Source of the DNA: Camelus ferus
Taxonomy: Eukaryota
Reading direction: 5' to 3'
NCBI RefSeq assembly: GCF_009834535.1
Contig: NC_045698.1
Location: 3,474,001-3,538,000, forward strand
Length of the DNA stretch: 64,000 bases
The notes beneath the pieces are model-generated. The model had not been told where the DNA came from. It did not search any database and saw only the letters and a list, made by a program, of their open reading frames with translations. The position numbers and the translations under genes were made by a program. How positions within the stretch are numbered: position 1 is the stretch's first letter; the number at the start of each line of letters is the position of its first letter. Shown here one piece after another: positions 24,387 through 36,435 of the stretch.

Positions 24387-25870
24387 GTGAGGCCCTCCAC
24401 GTGCGCCGGGCTGGGGCCTGGGTGGTTTTGCAGTTACTCCCTCACCCCGAATCCGCAAGTGGTGGCCGCTGCCACTGGGCAGTCATGAGAAATAGACTCG
24501 CTTCCCTCTATGAACTTTGGCCAAATGTGAAAGGATGTGTGTATTCACCAAAATCAGTTATTTCCCAAGAAACAGTTTCTCACAGATTCAGGAGCTCCTG
24601 TCACATCTAATTGAAGAAAGACTTCCTTCCATTTCTTCTTCCAGTTGTGAGGATGTGTCAGTAGCTTCAAGGGTGTCTCATTACATGAAAGAAACAGCAC
24701 ATCGATGACAACTGCAGGCGCATGACCGCGATGCTGTTGTCCTCGATTCCCACTGCTCGCAAATATCTCGTCTTAGCAGTTTGTAACATGTTCCCAGTGC
24801 TGAGTTATTATACTATAATAACATTATAGTATAAATATAATATAATAAATACAACATAATGAAAGTTTTTTATACTTTTCCAAATAGTGTCAAGCCTGGG
24901 GTGCCACTGGCCAAAGCTCTCCTGGACCTGTTTCTAACTCCCTATTTCTTCCCAAGAGCTCAGGGAAGAAAGGTCTTTCTTACAGAAACTTCCAGGTAGG
25001 ACTCAGTTTCACAGGGGTGAGTCCTGGCTGCTTGCTCTCAGAAAGGCCTGCGCACAAGGGTGGCCCTGCCGGCCTCTGAGAACTTAGGACGCAAGGGTTC
25101 CCACCGCCCCGCCTGGCAGGCGCGGCTCGCTGGCCTGCTCTGTACACAGGCCGCGGCTTCCGTAGAACACTGCTGTCCTCCTGGGAGCCGGGCTTTGGGG
25201 CCGTGCCAGGCAAGGGGTGCTGTGTGGCCAGCTCCCAGCCCAAGCCCTGTGTCTGTAACGAGCATCCCTGTTGGGCAGCGCGTCCGCCTGTCGGGGCAGT
25301 TAGGTCCATGCTGTGCGTCTGCCCTGGGAGCGGCCCGGATGCCTGTGCCTGGTTCCCCCAGCTTCCCCCATGGGCTGTTTCCTCCGCAGGTTTTTCTCTG
25401 TGTCCTTTTATTCATAGTAAGTTACACCCACCAGTATGACACACGTGAGTCCTGTGAACAAATCCTCCATCCGGGGCAGCCTTGGGGACCTCCTGACACA
25501 CTCATTCTCTACAAAACTTTTTTGGGGGGTTTTGAGAACATAGATGTTTATAGAAAAAGACAGAAATTTTCCTCCATCTGCAGGGAATCCCCTTTTTCAA
25601 CATCACCCCAGTTGTGACCTGTGACTTGAAAGCCACATAGAGCCGTGGACTGGTTTTCAAGGAGAAAGGACAAGCCCCCTCCTCGTCCCACATTATTAAG
25701 GGCCGTTTATATGATTGTCCAAGGGTTTCCTGATTCATATCTCACCTGACAAAGATGGGAGCCAGATTTCTCTAAAGGACAGAGGAAAAGGCACCCATAC
25801 GATGTGCCCTCCTTCTTTATGTTACTGCAACCCTGCTCCTGTGTGTTCTCTGGGTCTCTGTGTCCTGCAG

Positions 25871-25976
25871 GCTTCGCGCCCATAAGTGGAATGTGTAGTA
25901 AATATCGCAGCTGCACGATTAATGAAGATACAGGTCTTGGACTGGCTTTCACCATCGCCCACGAGTCTGGACACAA
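25871..25976 (+). CDS. ADAMTS16: ADAMTS16 exon 8 equivalent: (G)[34 protein letters not shown](N); first half of zinc-binding motif
   Basis: cctgcag acceptor, 106 nt, donor AA|GTAAGT. Encodes HExxH. Confidence 0.97.
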
Positions 25977-26570
25977 GTAAGTGCATCTCCCCGGGAGAGG
26001 GGAGCCCGGGGTCCTTTCCAGACCAGATGAGGGTCGTACAGATGCTGATGCAGTTGGTCAGGTCTGTAGGGGGCTCACCCGGATGCAGTGGGAGGTTGGG
26101 GGCAGCTAGAAGTGCCCACCTGGGTACTTGCTCCGTTCTGAGGGGCGTGCACGTGTCCGCACTGTGCCAGCCTCTCCTTCCTTCCTGCTGGCACAGGCTG
26201 CTCTGCCCGTCTCTGCTCCTTGGTCCTGTGTTTTAAACTTGGTCCTGTGGGGTGATCTTTCTCCTGCAGGGGGACCCCATATGACTGAGGATGGTGACGA
26301 GCCCTCCCCTGGTAACGTGTTTCTCCCCAGATTGTTCTCAAAGCCTCTCCTACTTTGTGGAGGTGGGTTTTGATGGGTGTGCAGGGTTTGGGACATGCAG
26401 GAACAAGACTGAGGGCCTGGTAGGAGCTGGTTTGCTGCCAGCATCCCTGCGTGGTCCGTTTGAAATGGGGCAGCATTGGGGTGAGTGGGGAGCCCAGGGC
26501 CTGGGCACTGATGGATGCTGGTGCGGGACACGAAGCTCTCAGCAGCCGATGGCTTGTCATTAGCAGGGTC

Positions 26571-26772
26571 TTTTTTTTATTGAAGTGCAGTCAGTTTACA
26601 ATGCTGCGTCAGCTCCTGGTGTGCAGCACAGTGCTTCAGTCATACACGAATGTACATATACTCGTTTTCAGATTCTTTTCCACTGCAGGTGACTACGAGA
26701 TACTGAATAAAGCCCCCCGTGCTGTGCAGTAGGACCTTGTTGTTTCTCTCCTCTGTACATAGGAGGCAGTAC
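26571..26772 (-). mobile_element. Truncated L1 3' end (camelid-type), GC-shifted
   Basis: T-tail plus ttgaagtgcagtcagtttacaatg..gtgctgtgcagtaggaccttgttg. Homologous to the reverse complement of 28313-28503. Confidence 0.85.
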
Positions 26773-27240
26773 CTGCACATGTTGGAGGGCTAGCAGTGCC
26801 TCTGTGAGCGAGATGCTTATCTTCCTCCTGAAGAGGAAGCGTTCCTGTCGGTTCCGTAGCGTCGCTGCTATTCTTACAGGAGGTTTCTTTGTCTGGTGAT
26901 CCACACGCTGTCTCACCTCGAGGGACCTCCTATTTCTAAAAGGTTTCTTTCTGACCCGTTTGGCCCCCCGGCTGACTCCTGCCATTGCCCTGAGGAGTGT
27001 GAGCCCAGCGGTGGAGATGCAGGTGTTTTCCTGTTGGATGGCAACATGCTCCAGGTTTCTCCTCAAAACTTCACAGCCAGGAATGGCAGTTTTTCCATTT
27101 TTGCTTTCACCCTCATTTTACTTGCAAATCACAGAACTTGCAAAATCCAGGGTATGTGAGTTGGTTTTTGCAAAGCCCCCTTCTCCATCCCATAGAAATG
27201 GGACTGCAGTCACTCATGCCACCGGCCTGTTCAAAGCATC

Positions 27241-27498
27241 TGTGTGTGCAGTGTGTGTGCGTGTGCACGTGTATACAGTGTGTGTGTACAATGTGTGTAT
27301 ACAGTGTGTGCGCATGTGTGTGTGCAGTTGTGTGCATGTGTGTGTATACAGTGTGTGCGTGTGTGTGCAGTGTGTGTGTGCAGTGTGTGCGTGTATGTGT
27401 ACAGTGTGTGCATGTGTGTGCAGTGTGTGAGTGCAGTGTGTGTGCGTGTGTGTGTGTGTACAGTGTGTGCATGTGTGCAGTGTGTGTGTGTGTGCACA
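27241..27498. repeat. Degenerate (TG)n / CAGTGTGTG minisatellite-like repeat
   Basis: About 260 bp of mostly alternating purine-pyrimidine sequence with recurring cagtgtgtg units. Confidence 0.9.
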
Positions 27499-28312
27499 GC
27501 GCGCCCCGGCCTCACTGGAGCCTCAGAGGTCCTGCAGACTGCGTGTGTGAGCTGCTGACCTGAAAGTGGAGCTTTCTGTCTTGTGACCAGTCCCTTCATC
27601 ACTGCGGGTAATGATTGACTTTTTCAGTGCCTAGAAAATTGCACCTACACTTTATAAAGCTTTCAGTTCCATCATAATTGTATTCTTAATAGGCTGCTAG
27701 AGTTAAAACTTCAAAAACTCTCATTATTTTAACGACACGGGGCTCTTGCTGTCCTCTGAACCATACCTGAATTTAATTAAACAATCAAGGTAAGAAATAT
27801 TTAAGTGACCGAGGGCTGAGCAAGCCAGCATCCGACAAGCGGTTGCGATGCAGGCAGTGGCGGCACCGGCAGGCGCAGGGGATGAATTTGACCAAATTAA
27901 ATTTGATACATTCAAAACTAGGCTCTCAGTCTTCATGTCAGCAAGTATCAGTGTTTGCTTTTATTTTTTTCTTAATCATCAACTATTCATATTTCCTCTC
28001 ATCCCTAGAGCTGGGTCTGGATGACAAAACAATTTCTTCTAAATAAGAGAAAAGTGTTTTTACTTTCAAGTGGGAACATAAATGGGAGGAAGGGAAGGAG
28101 CTTGAGATCTGGATGAAGGAGGGTCCTGCCCTCATAGAATTAACCAGAAAGTCTTAAACTGCTTCTTGTGATGCTGATGTTTAGAGAACGTTGTGCAAGA
28201 ACTGGAGGGACTGGGAGCTCTAAACATTTGATGTCGCCAATGAAATAGCTTCTGATCAGTATTGAGGAAACAGGAAATGTATGTAAGAGATGTGCAAATT
28301 ACTAATCATTCT

Positions 28313-28503
28313 ATATAAAATAGGATCAACAACAAGTTTCTACTGCAGAGCACAGGGAACTATATTCAATATCCCATTATAACCTACAGTGAAAAAGAAC
28401 ATGAAAATGAATTTCTGTATGTGCATGTGTGACTGAAACATTGTGCTTGCACCAGAAACTGACACACGTTGTAAACTGACTATACTTCCGTAAAAACAAA
28501 AAA
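28313..28503 (+). mobile_element. Truncated L1 3' end (camelid-type)
   Basis: aacaacaag..agcacagggaactatattcaatatc..caccagaaactgacacacgttgtaaactgactatacttc plus A-rich tail. Confidence 0.85.
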
Positions 28504-30529
28504 GGCACGTGCTAACTGCCAGAACAAGGGATCGTAATGGCAGTGATAATGTTGACAAAGTAAGGATAACACCTGCTCTTTGTGGGGCAAGTTCACATGG
28601 AGCTCAAAGCGTGGAAACCCCTGGGGACAACCTCTTCTCCTCCCCTCACTAGCCTGGCGGGTAGACGGAGCCGAGTGTTGAGCGAGTGCGTGGGGTGGGC
28701 GCCGGGAGGCCGGGGCGAGCAGGCCACCGGTGAAGGGGGCGTGATTCTGGCACGTGTTCTCTGCGGCTCCTGCGTAATGAGAGGGCGGACTCAGGAACTA
28801 CACCCCGCGCATCTCTAGTCGAAAACGAGCACATCTAGTCAGTTCGGTTATTTAGTAACGACTGTTCCTCAGAGGAGGAATTGTCTGTTTGATGCTCAGA
28901 TCAAACAGCACACTTTCATCTTGTCCTTGGCAACAAGCACCAAGCAGAGTCATTCTGTGCCTTACGAATGAAGAAGTAATTTTACGTAAGTCTTTATGAA
29001 ACATCCTCTTGTACAGATGAATTTTACTTCTTTTTTTTACATTCAGAGGGCATTATTCAGGGTGCAGGAGAGCTTCTCCGAGGCTTTCAGACATAGGCTT
29101 CCTAACTTTTAACTCAAAGATTCAGTTAATGTCCAGCCGGCTTCTTCTGCTAAGTTCCGTTGTTTTCATCTCAAGACATCTTGTGGTTTCTACTGGGGAA
29201 TCTGACCTAAACAATAGAAATTGCTAAGGACCAGTGGTTGGATGTGTGTTGGAAAAGGGAGAAGAGAGACTGAACCAGAAGCGAGGATGTGTGTCTCCTT
29301 TAGTGTGCAGGGCAGAGCCTGGATTGGTGCAGGGTGAGCTTCCTGCTTGTGTTACATCACTTGTAACAGGACGTGTGGTTTCCTAGATGCAGGTGTTGAA
29401 GAATTGGTACCTACACAGTGAGGACTCAATGACATATTTTGGAGATCATGTCATTTGGGCGTGAGTCCGTTTCAAAAACTCTCATTTGCTAAGGGAAGTC
29501 ACGCCATTTGATGGGTAGGGCCCCTGGCTCGGATTCCAGATACACTGAGGTTTTCCCGCAGTGTGACAGTGAACAGGGTGCATTGCCTCATCTTTCTGTG
29601 AGTTTCTATCTGCAAAACCAGGAGAGCCTGTGAGAGCCTCCACAGGTGTGTGCAGGTGTCACTTCAGTGTATTATTTGAGCTGAGCATTCCTTCTGCGTA
29701 AAATAGGCTTAAATACTTAATTGGCATGATCACAACAGACCATCAGGACGATATGAAACCTACTGTGCTTAGAGATACCCATGATCCATCACTTTGTCTT
29801 CCGTCTGTTCCCCTAACTACTGACCTAATCACCAGGCACAATTTGCACTCTGCCAGCCTAGCATTGTGTAGGATTCTATAAGAAGATAGCGATCCATGCC
29901 CTCCAAACGTCTAAAGAAAGATAAAATAGACACGGCACAGAAGGGATCAAGCAGTGAGGGCTGTGGGCGTTGGAGGAAACACAAGGATAATCAGGGAGGT
30001 CTTCCTGGAAAAAGCAGCAGTGGCATGCTAATACCATTTGGCACAAGGATACTTGGCTGGTGATGTCAGGTGCCCTTTCAAGCATTTGATGGTCATGAGT
30101 ATGCCTCACCGATTTGTGCCTGTGTTCTGTCATCCGCCTGAGCCCCTCTAGCTGGGTCAGGGAGGTGCTGGGTGATTTTAAAGATTTGTAGAATATCCAG
30201 GCAAGCAGCTCCTTAAAGATCATCTGGTCTGTTGATCATCAGACTGCCCTCCTAGGGAGCCCCAGCAGGCTGGAGGGTTATTTCTTACCAATTTTATTTA
30301 TTGTCATTTCTCTTAAGATTTTTGTTTGTTTCTGTGTCCAAAAAGTATTTGAAACACATTGACCTTTGACTGAATGACCCCCACACTCCCCACCACACAC
30401 ACAAAACATATGTATCCAAGTGATTTCTGCCATTTGATGTTGAGAGATTTAAATCACAGAAAAAGATAGATATTTTGGATTTTCCTTTTTGATGTGCATG
30501 GTGCCAGGTATTCCGAACAGTTTAAGAGG

Positions 30530-30670
30530 AAGGTTTTATTGTCCCATATTATAGGTGAGGAAACTGAGTTTCAGGGGCTTGAGAAATTTGCCCCGAATCA
30601 CACCACTTGAAATGACAGAGGCAAGACCCCAGCAGAGGTCCCCCCACCTCCACACCCACGTTCTTCCAGG
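30530..30670 (-). mobile_element. MIR remnant
   Basis: ttattgtcccatattataggtgaggaaactgag..aatttgccccgaatcacac (antisense MIR core). Confidence 0.7.
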
Positions 30671-31504
30671 TCATCTGCCCTGCCCTGGCCCCATGAGTCC
30701 CCCGTCAGCTTCCAGCCTCTCTGAGGGAGTGAGTTTGCTTCTTGGAAAGCCTGCCTCAGGGCTCTAGACAAGTAGGTCCTACACGTGGTACTATCCTCAC
30801 GACCAGGTTGTGACTCAGCATCCAGATGACTTTGGTCCATGGTTACTTTGAAGGGTTTCTCATTTCTTTAACCACTGCTGTCTGATCAGCCTGAAAGGTT
30901 TGATGCAAGCTCTGAAAATCCTTGGCTGTTCATCACTGAAGGTGTTTCATTAGTAGTAAAGAAATGCTTGTTGATGTGATTGAATAAGATGAGAAAATTC
31001 TACAGAAGACATTAAAAGCACCTGACGTTGGATGTAATTCTCAAGTCCAGTATAATCTGAAATTATGTTTACACTTTGGGTATTTGAGTTGGTGTCATTG
31101 CTGAAAGGTTGTTTTTTATTCATTCAACAAACATCAGTGGAGTACCTGTTATGGGAGAGTGAATCCACTGGCACTGGGGCTCTGAGCCTCTGTTCTCTAG
31201 AAATGGATAAGCTAGTAGGTAAGAGAAAAAAATCTATTTATTGTTTTAACATTTGGGGTGACAACTGTTTTGAATAAAGTGCTGTGGTTCATGGAAGCAA
31301 AAAAAATGTCTGGAATGTATAACTTGAATGGTAATTCTATTTCTGGGTTGCCAAATACCAACGTTATCTTAAAAATGTGTCCAAGTCATCCTTCCATGAC
31401 TTTGTTAATGTTAATATCAAACGTGGTCACTGTGTGATCCGTTCATGCCAGTGTGCAGGCATCCACCACAGTATAGCATGTGGGCTTTGCACGGCTTAGA
31501 AACA

Positions 31505-31700
31505 CAGCTTGAGACGCAGTAGTGCAGAGGTTTGGGTGGGCATCAGAATCACTATATTGTGTTAGAATGCTCCCTAGTGCCGGAGCCTAACTCCCAACTT
31601 ACTAAATAAAAAATCTACCCAGGTGGGCTTTGGGGAGCCACATGCATGCTGCCTTTTCTCAGATATCCTGATACTCAGCAAAGCCTGAGAATCAGTGGTA
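31505..31700. mobile_element. MER5-like hAT DNA transposon remnant
   Basis: catcagaatcac..ctactaaat-like..ctgatactcagcaaagcctgagaatcagtgg. Confidence 0.5.
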
Positions 31701-33039
31701 GAAAGAATCACTGAAAATACCTTCCATGAAAATGTTTAAGACCAAGACGTCTCCAGACCTGGGAAGCTGTGGCTTTGAATTCCCTAGAAATGTAGGCAGA
31801 AGTGGTAGCAGGTGTATCCAGGGCACTTGCTGGACCATAATGTGTCTTCCTTATATTCAGAGCGAGGACCAGCCGGGGGAGGGGGCTTTGGAATCTCGTT
31901 TTGATTGCTCTCTCCCAGAGGAGCCTCCACGTGGTTACAGTCTGAATCGTCTCCCTTGACAGGGCATCTTTCCTCTGCCAGATGGGTGCCCTGGCCTACA
32001 CGGATTGCTTTTCATAGGACTTCAGAGAAATGGGGGAAGGCCGAAATGGCTCCAGCTACGTCACCCTTGGTACTGAGCAGGGGTTTTGCAGAAATTTGAC
32101 AGTGTTCATGGCCAGATTTCCTTGGTTTCCGGTTACACTGTTGCTTGGGTCCGCCTGGGCTCTGATGTCAGAGGATGGGGTTCCAGTCCCGACTCTGAGA
32201 CCCTGAATGAGCCTGTCTCCAGCTCTCAGTCTTGCTGTCATTGTGTTAAGTCTACCTTGTAGGCTTGCAGTGAGGTTTAAGTTAGAGAACAGAGGTAATG
32301 TGCTTAGTACCCTATCTGAAAAATAGTGCTCACAAGTGGGGATTGATACTTCTACTGACAGTATTAAACAGCTCAAAAAAAAAAAAAAAAAAAAACCCAA
32401 AACAGTTAAGTTCCCACCCTCCTTGCCACAAGTGTGGATTCCCTGGCCCCCTTGTGGAGCCCACTTCCCCCGTGTTGGTGTCTTCTATCCCCGTGGCCTT
32501 CCCTCCGCTCATCACGGCGTTCTCGGAGGCAGAAAGTCCCCGGACCCAGTGAGCACCTGTCCTCTGCTCTCCCCCTCTCCTGCCTCTTGCCTTCCCTCTG
32601 TATCCCACCCAGTGGGGATCCATACAATGGCTGGGTGGCTACCAGACATTCATGGCCAACAATGGCTTGACTCTCCAAGAACATATCTGCCCTAATGGGA
32701 AGTCTTCAGGGTCTTGGAGCTCCCAGGTAGGTCCCCCAGGCTTTCCTCCCAAGGCAGCAAGTTGTGCTCCTCTGAAGTGGGTGGCCGTGGCAGTGGGAGG
32801 GCTCCTACAGGGCTGGCTTCAGGAAGGCGAGGAGAAGCCGACTCGGCGGGGAGAGGTGGCAGCTCGGCCAGCGGGCCTCCCACAGCTGCAGGGCTGCACT
32901 TCTCAGGTGGGCAGCACGGGGGCGCTGTTGAGGGTCCCCACGGCCACGGTGGGTGGCCCCAGGTGCTGAGCCGGGGCTGGAGCGCCAGAGTGGTCGCTCT
33001 TCCATCAAGAGTTGCGCCTTCAAGCAGCGGCCTCAGAAG

Positions 33040-33420
33040 AGAGCAGCCGCAGCTGCTCCGCGGGCGCCCGCGCACCCGCGTCCCCCGGAGGGCGCGGCGC
33101 TCAGGCGAGGCCCGGCGGCGGCGCGCGCAGGCCCGGCGGGGTCGGCCAGGCCCGGGCGGGCGCATGGCGTCGGCGCCCCGGGAGCCGCAGCCGCTGCCGG
33201 GCGGGCCTCACGCTGTGGGTGCGTCAGACTGACCTGCGGAGCCTGCGGCTGGGGTTCTGACCGCCGCCTGCAAGTCGTGGCCACACTGCTGAGCGGAAGA
33301 GTGCGGCGCGAAGACGGATGGACTGCCCCCTGCAACCCGCAGCGTGCGTTCTTACGCTGAGAACACCTGCCCTTCACGGCCACCTGGGCGTGGGCCCCGC
33401 TGCGGCGTTGGTGTGTGTTT
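33040..33420. promoter_or_regulatory. Intragenic CpG island about 200-580 nt upstream of exon 9
   Basis: Very GC-rich with dense CpG (cgggcgcccgcgcacccgcg..ggcggcggcgcgcgcagg), in contrast with the AT-rich sequence downstream of exon 9. Regulatory role is inference. Confidence 0.7.
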
Positions 33421-33623
33421 CCAAACAGCTCACCCAAGGGTGGCTCCTCAGGAAAGGTCTAGGACGTGGCTCTCTGCACCGCTTGGCTGTTAGCACTCTT
33501 TCTTCTGCTCCACCCGGAGGCAGAAGAAGGGGCGTCTTCACGGTGTTGACCTGAGTTTGTTAGAGCGTGCTAGACAGCTGAAACTCTTCCTCGTTTTGAA
33601 AGAACCATTTCTCTCTCTCCTAG

Positions 33624-33761
33624 CTTTGGCATGGTCCACGATGGAGAAGGGAACGTGTGCAAAAAGTCAGAGGGCAACATAATGTCCCCCACGTTGGCAG
33701 GACGCAACGGGGTCTTCTCCTGGTCACCCTGCAGCCGCCAGTACCTGCACAAATTTTTAAG
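33624..33761 (+). CDS. ADAMTS16: ADAMTS16 exon 9 equivalent: (N)FGMVHDGEGNVCKKSEGNIMSPTLAGRNGVFSWSPCSRQYLHKFL(S); third zinc His and Met-turn
   Basis: ctcctag acceptor, 138 nt, donor AG|GTAGGA. Completes HESGHNFGMVHD. Missed by the ORF track. Confidence 0.97.
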
Positions 33762-34399
33762 GTAGGAGACCCTGAAGCTGGCTGTGTGTCTCTTGGTGCC
33801 TTTGATGCTCTGCGTGGTCGGCCTAACCCTGTCTGAGCAGCTCCAGCCCCAGGGGCAACTTCCCCGGAAGGTCCCCATTTAAGGCATCTCAAGACATTCA
33901 TTTGACCAAAGAGTTTACCAAGTTTCTTCAGTCTTAATCCAACATCATTTGACCTTTAAACTCAAAAGAAGCCCATAGGATACTTACCAAAGCAAAGTAT
34001 TTGTCACTAAAATTTAAGCTTTTTTAAAAAAATTCTTCTATAACTAGACATTTTTCAGTCCATAATTTTTAAATGTTTTTAAAATTCTTTCTTGCAGTTA
34101 ATTGAGATATGATTGACATACCATGAATTATTTTTTCTTGCAAAATACATTTCTTATTAGGAAGAAAAAAAATGAGTATATAAACCTTCACCTGGGTCTA
34201 AATTCCTATGATTTTAAGAATTATTTTTAGAAGCTTTTATTATAGTTCTAATTCACTTAGGGTGTAGACCACTGGGGAGGTTGGGTTTGATCCCCTGAAA
34301 AAGTAAGTTTTAAAATTTTAGAGAAATAAGGGACTTTAAGAAACATTTTGGATCTGCTAGTAAAGTGGATTATCCCCCAAATGTCAATGGCTTTGAAGT

Positions 34400-34720
34400 T
34401 TGGCTTAAACTGGAAACTGAAATTCTGTTCGAAACTCACATGACGCTCCATCACAGGGCAGTGAGCTCTTGGCCCCATGTGGTCACTCATGCTGTCACTC
34501 AGAGACCCAGGTTCTTTCCGTCCTGTGGCTCTTTCCTCCTCAAGGACTCAGTTCCTCACTGCAGCCAGCTGGTGGCTGAGAAAAGAGGGAGCTCTGGAGA
34601 GGGAGCAGGACAGGGGCCATGCTCCTGGAAGTGGGAACTCAGCCAATGGCCCTCAGCGCAAGGGGTGGGGATGAGCAACACTGTCCATCTGTGTGCCCTG
34701 GAGGAAAGGGACACGAGGTT
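34400..34720. mobile_element. MaLR (MLT1-like) LTR remnant
   Basis: gtcactcagagacccaggttctttccgtcctgtggctct..ctgtgtgccctggaggaaag resembles MLT1J/K as recalled. Confidence 0.45.
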
Positions 34721-35006
34721 GAGTAAAGAGAGGGCTGTCCGTGCTGTGCTAGCAACTCCAAGTCATATCACAGCTGGAGTAACTGAGACCCGGAGGCACC
34801 AGATAGTTAGTGGCAGAAATGAGAGTAAAGCCGGCGCATTCTGGACCCTAGATGTAGCCTTCGTCCACTGATCCCAAGAACCACAGATGCAAAAGTGGAG
34901 GAGAAGTAAGTCTGTGGCAATCATGGCTATTGCTTGTGTTTTTATTGATAGGTGCTTAATAAAATTACTTGGTTCAAGTACTGAAAAAAAAAAAAGATAA
35001 GGGACA

Positions 35007-36435
35007 TTTCTCCTGCTTCATTGTTTTTCTTCAGTATTGCTTTGACAATTCTGGGTCTTTTGTGATTCTATATATCATATAATAAATTTTAAGATCATTT
35101 GTTCTAGTTTGGTGAAAAATGTCCTAAGTAATTTGATAGGGATCGCATTTAATCTGTAGTTTGCTTTTGGCAGTATGGCCATTTTAACAAAACTGATTGT
35201 TCCAATCCAAGAGCATGGGATGTCTTTCCATTTCTTTAAGTTATCTTTAATTTCCTTAATAAATGTTTTATATTTCTCTTCATATAAGTCTTTCACCTCC
35301 TTGGTCAGGTTTATTCCTAAGGATTTTATTTTTTTGATGCAATTTTAAAAAGGATTTTTTTTTTTAATTTCCTCTTCTGATATTTCATTGTTAGTGTAAA
35401 GAAACGCAACTGATGCCTGTATGTTAATCTTGTAACTTGCTACCTTGCCGAATTCTTTTATCAGCTCTAGTAGTTTTTATGTGGAGCCCTTAGGGTTTTC
35501 TATATATAGTATAGTGTCATCTGCATATAATGACAGTTTTACCTCTTCTCTTCCAATTTGGGCCCCTTTTATTTCTTTTCTTGTCTGATTCCTGTGGCTA
35601 GGACTTCCAATTCGATGTTGAATAGAAGTGGTGAGAGTGGGCATCCTTGTCTTGTTCCAGATTCTAACAGGAAGGCTTTTAACTTTTCACCACTGAGTAT
35701 TACATTGGTTGTGGATTTGACATAAATAGCTTTTTATTATGTTGAGGTATGTTCCCTCTATACCCATTTTGGTAAGAGGTTTTATCATAAACAGGTGTTG
35801 AATTTTATCAAATGCTTTTTCTGCGTCTATTGAGATGATCGTGTGATTTTTGTCTCTTCTTTTGTTGATGTGATGTATCACATTGATTTGCATACGTTGA
35901 ACCATCCTTGTGTCCCTGGGGTGAATTCAGCTTGACCGTAGAATATAATCTTTTTTTATATGTTGTTGTATTTGGTTTGCGAATATTTTGTTGAAAATGT
36001 TTGCATCTATGTTCATCAAAGATACTGGCCTGGACCTAGAGTTAGTCATACTAGGTGAAGTAAGTCACAAAGAGAAAGAAAAATGCCATATGATATCACT
36101 TATATATGGAATCTAAACCAAAAAAATGACACAAATTTACAAAACAGAAACAGACTCACAGACATAGAAAACAAACTTATGGTTACCAGTGGGGAAGGGG
36201 AGAGTGGAGGGATAAATTGGGAGTTTGGGATTTGCAGATACAAACTACTATATAAAAATGGACAAACAACAAGGTCCTACTGCCTAGCACAGGGAACTAT
36301 ATTCAATATCTTGTAATGGCCTATAATGAAAAAGAATATGAAAAGGAATATATATATATAAAACTGAATCACTATATTATACACCAGAAATTAATATGTT
36401 GTAAACCAACATTTAAACAATTAAAAAAAAAAAAA
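35007..36435 (+). mobile_element. 5'-inverted (twin-primed) L1: antisense ORF2/RT segment ~35007-36031 joined to sense 3' end ~36032-36435
   Basis: Minus-strand RT peptides (ORFs 35075..35296 and 35687..35905: [14 protein letters not shown]), then plus-strand 3'UTR and poly(A). TSD AAAAGATAAGGGACA (34992-35006) / AAAAGATGAGGGGCA (36432-36446). Confidence 0.9.

Noticed and set aside
26960..27602. Cys/Val-rich and His/Thr-rich ORFs
   Set aside because: Translations of the TG/CA repeat.
32652..33437. Several overlapping 105-172 aa ORFs on both strands
   Set aside because: Stop-codon depletion in a GC-rich island. The peptides are low-complexity A/R/G/P with no recognisable domain.
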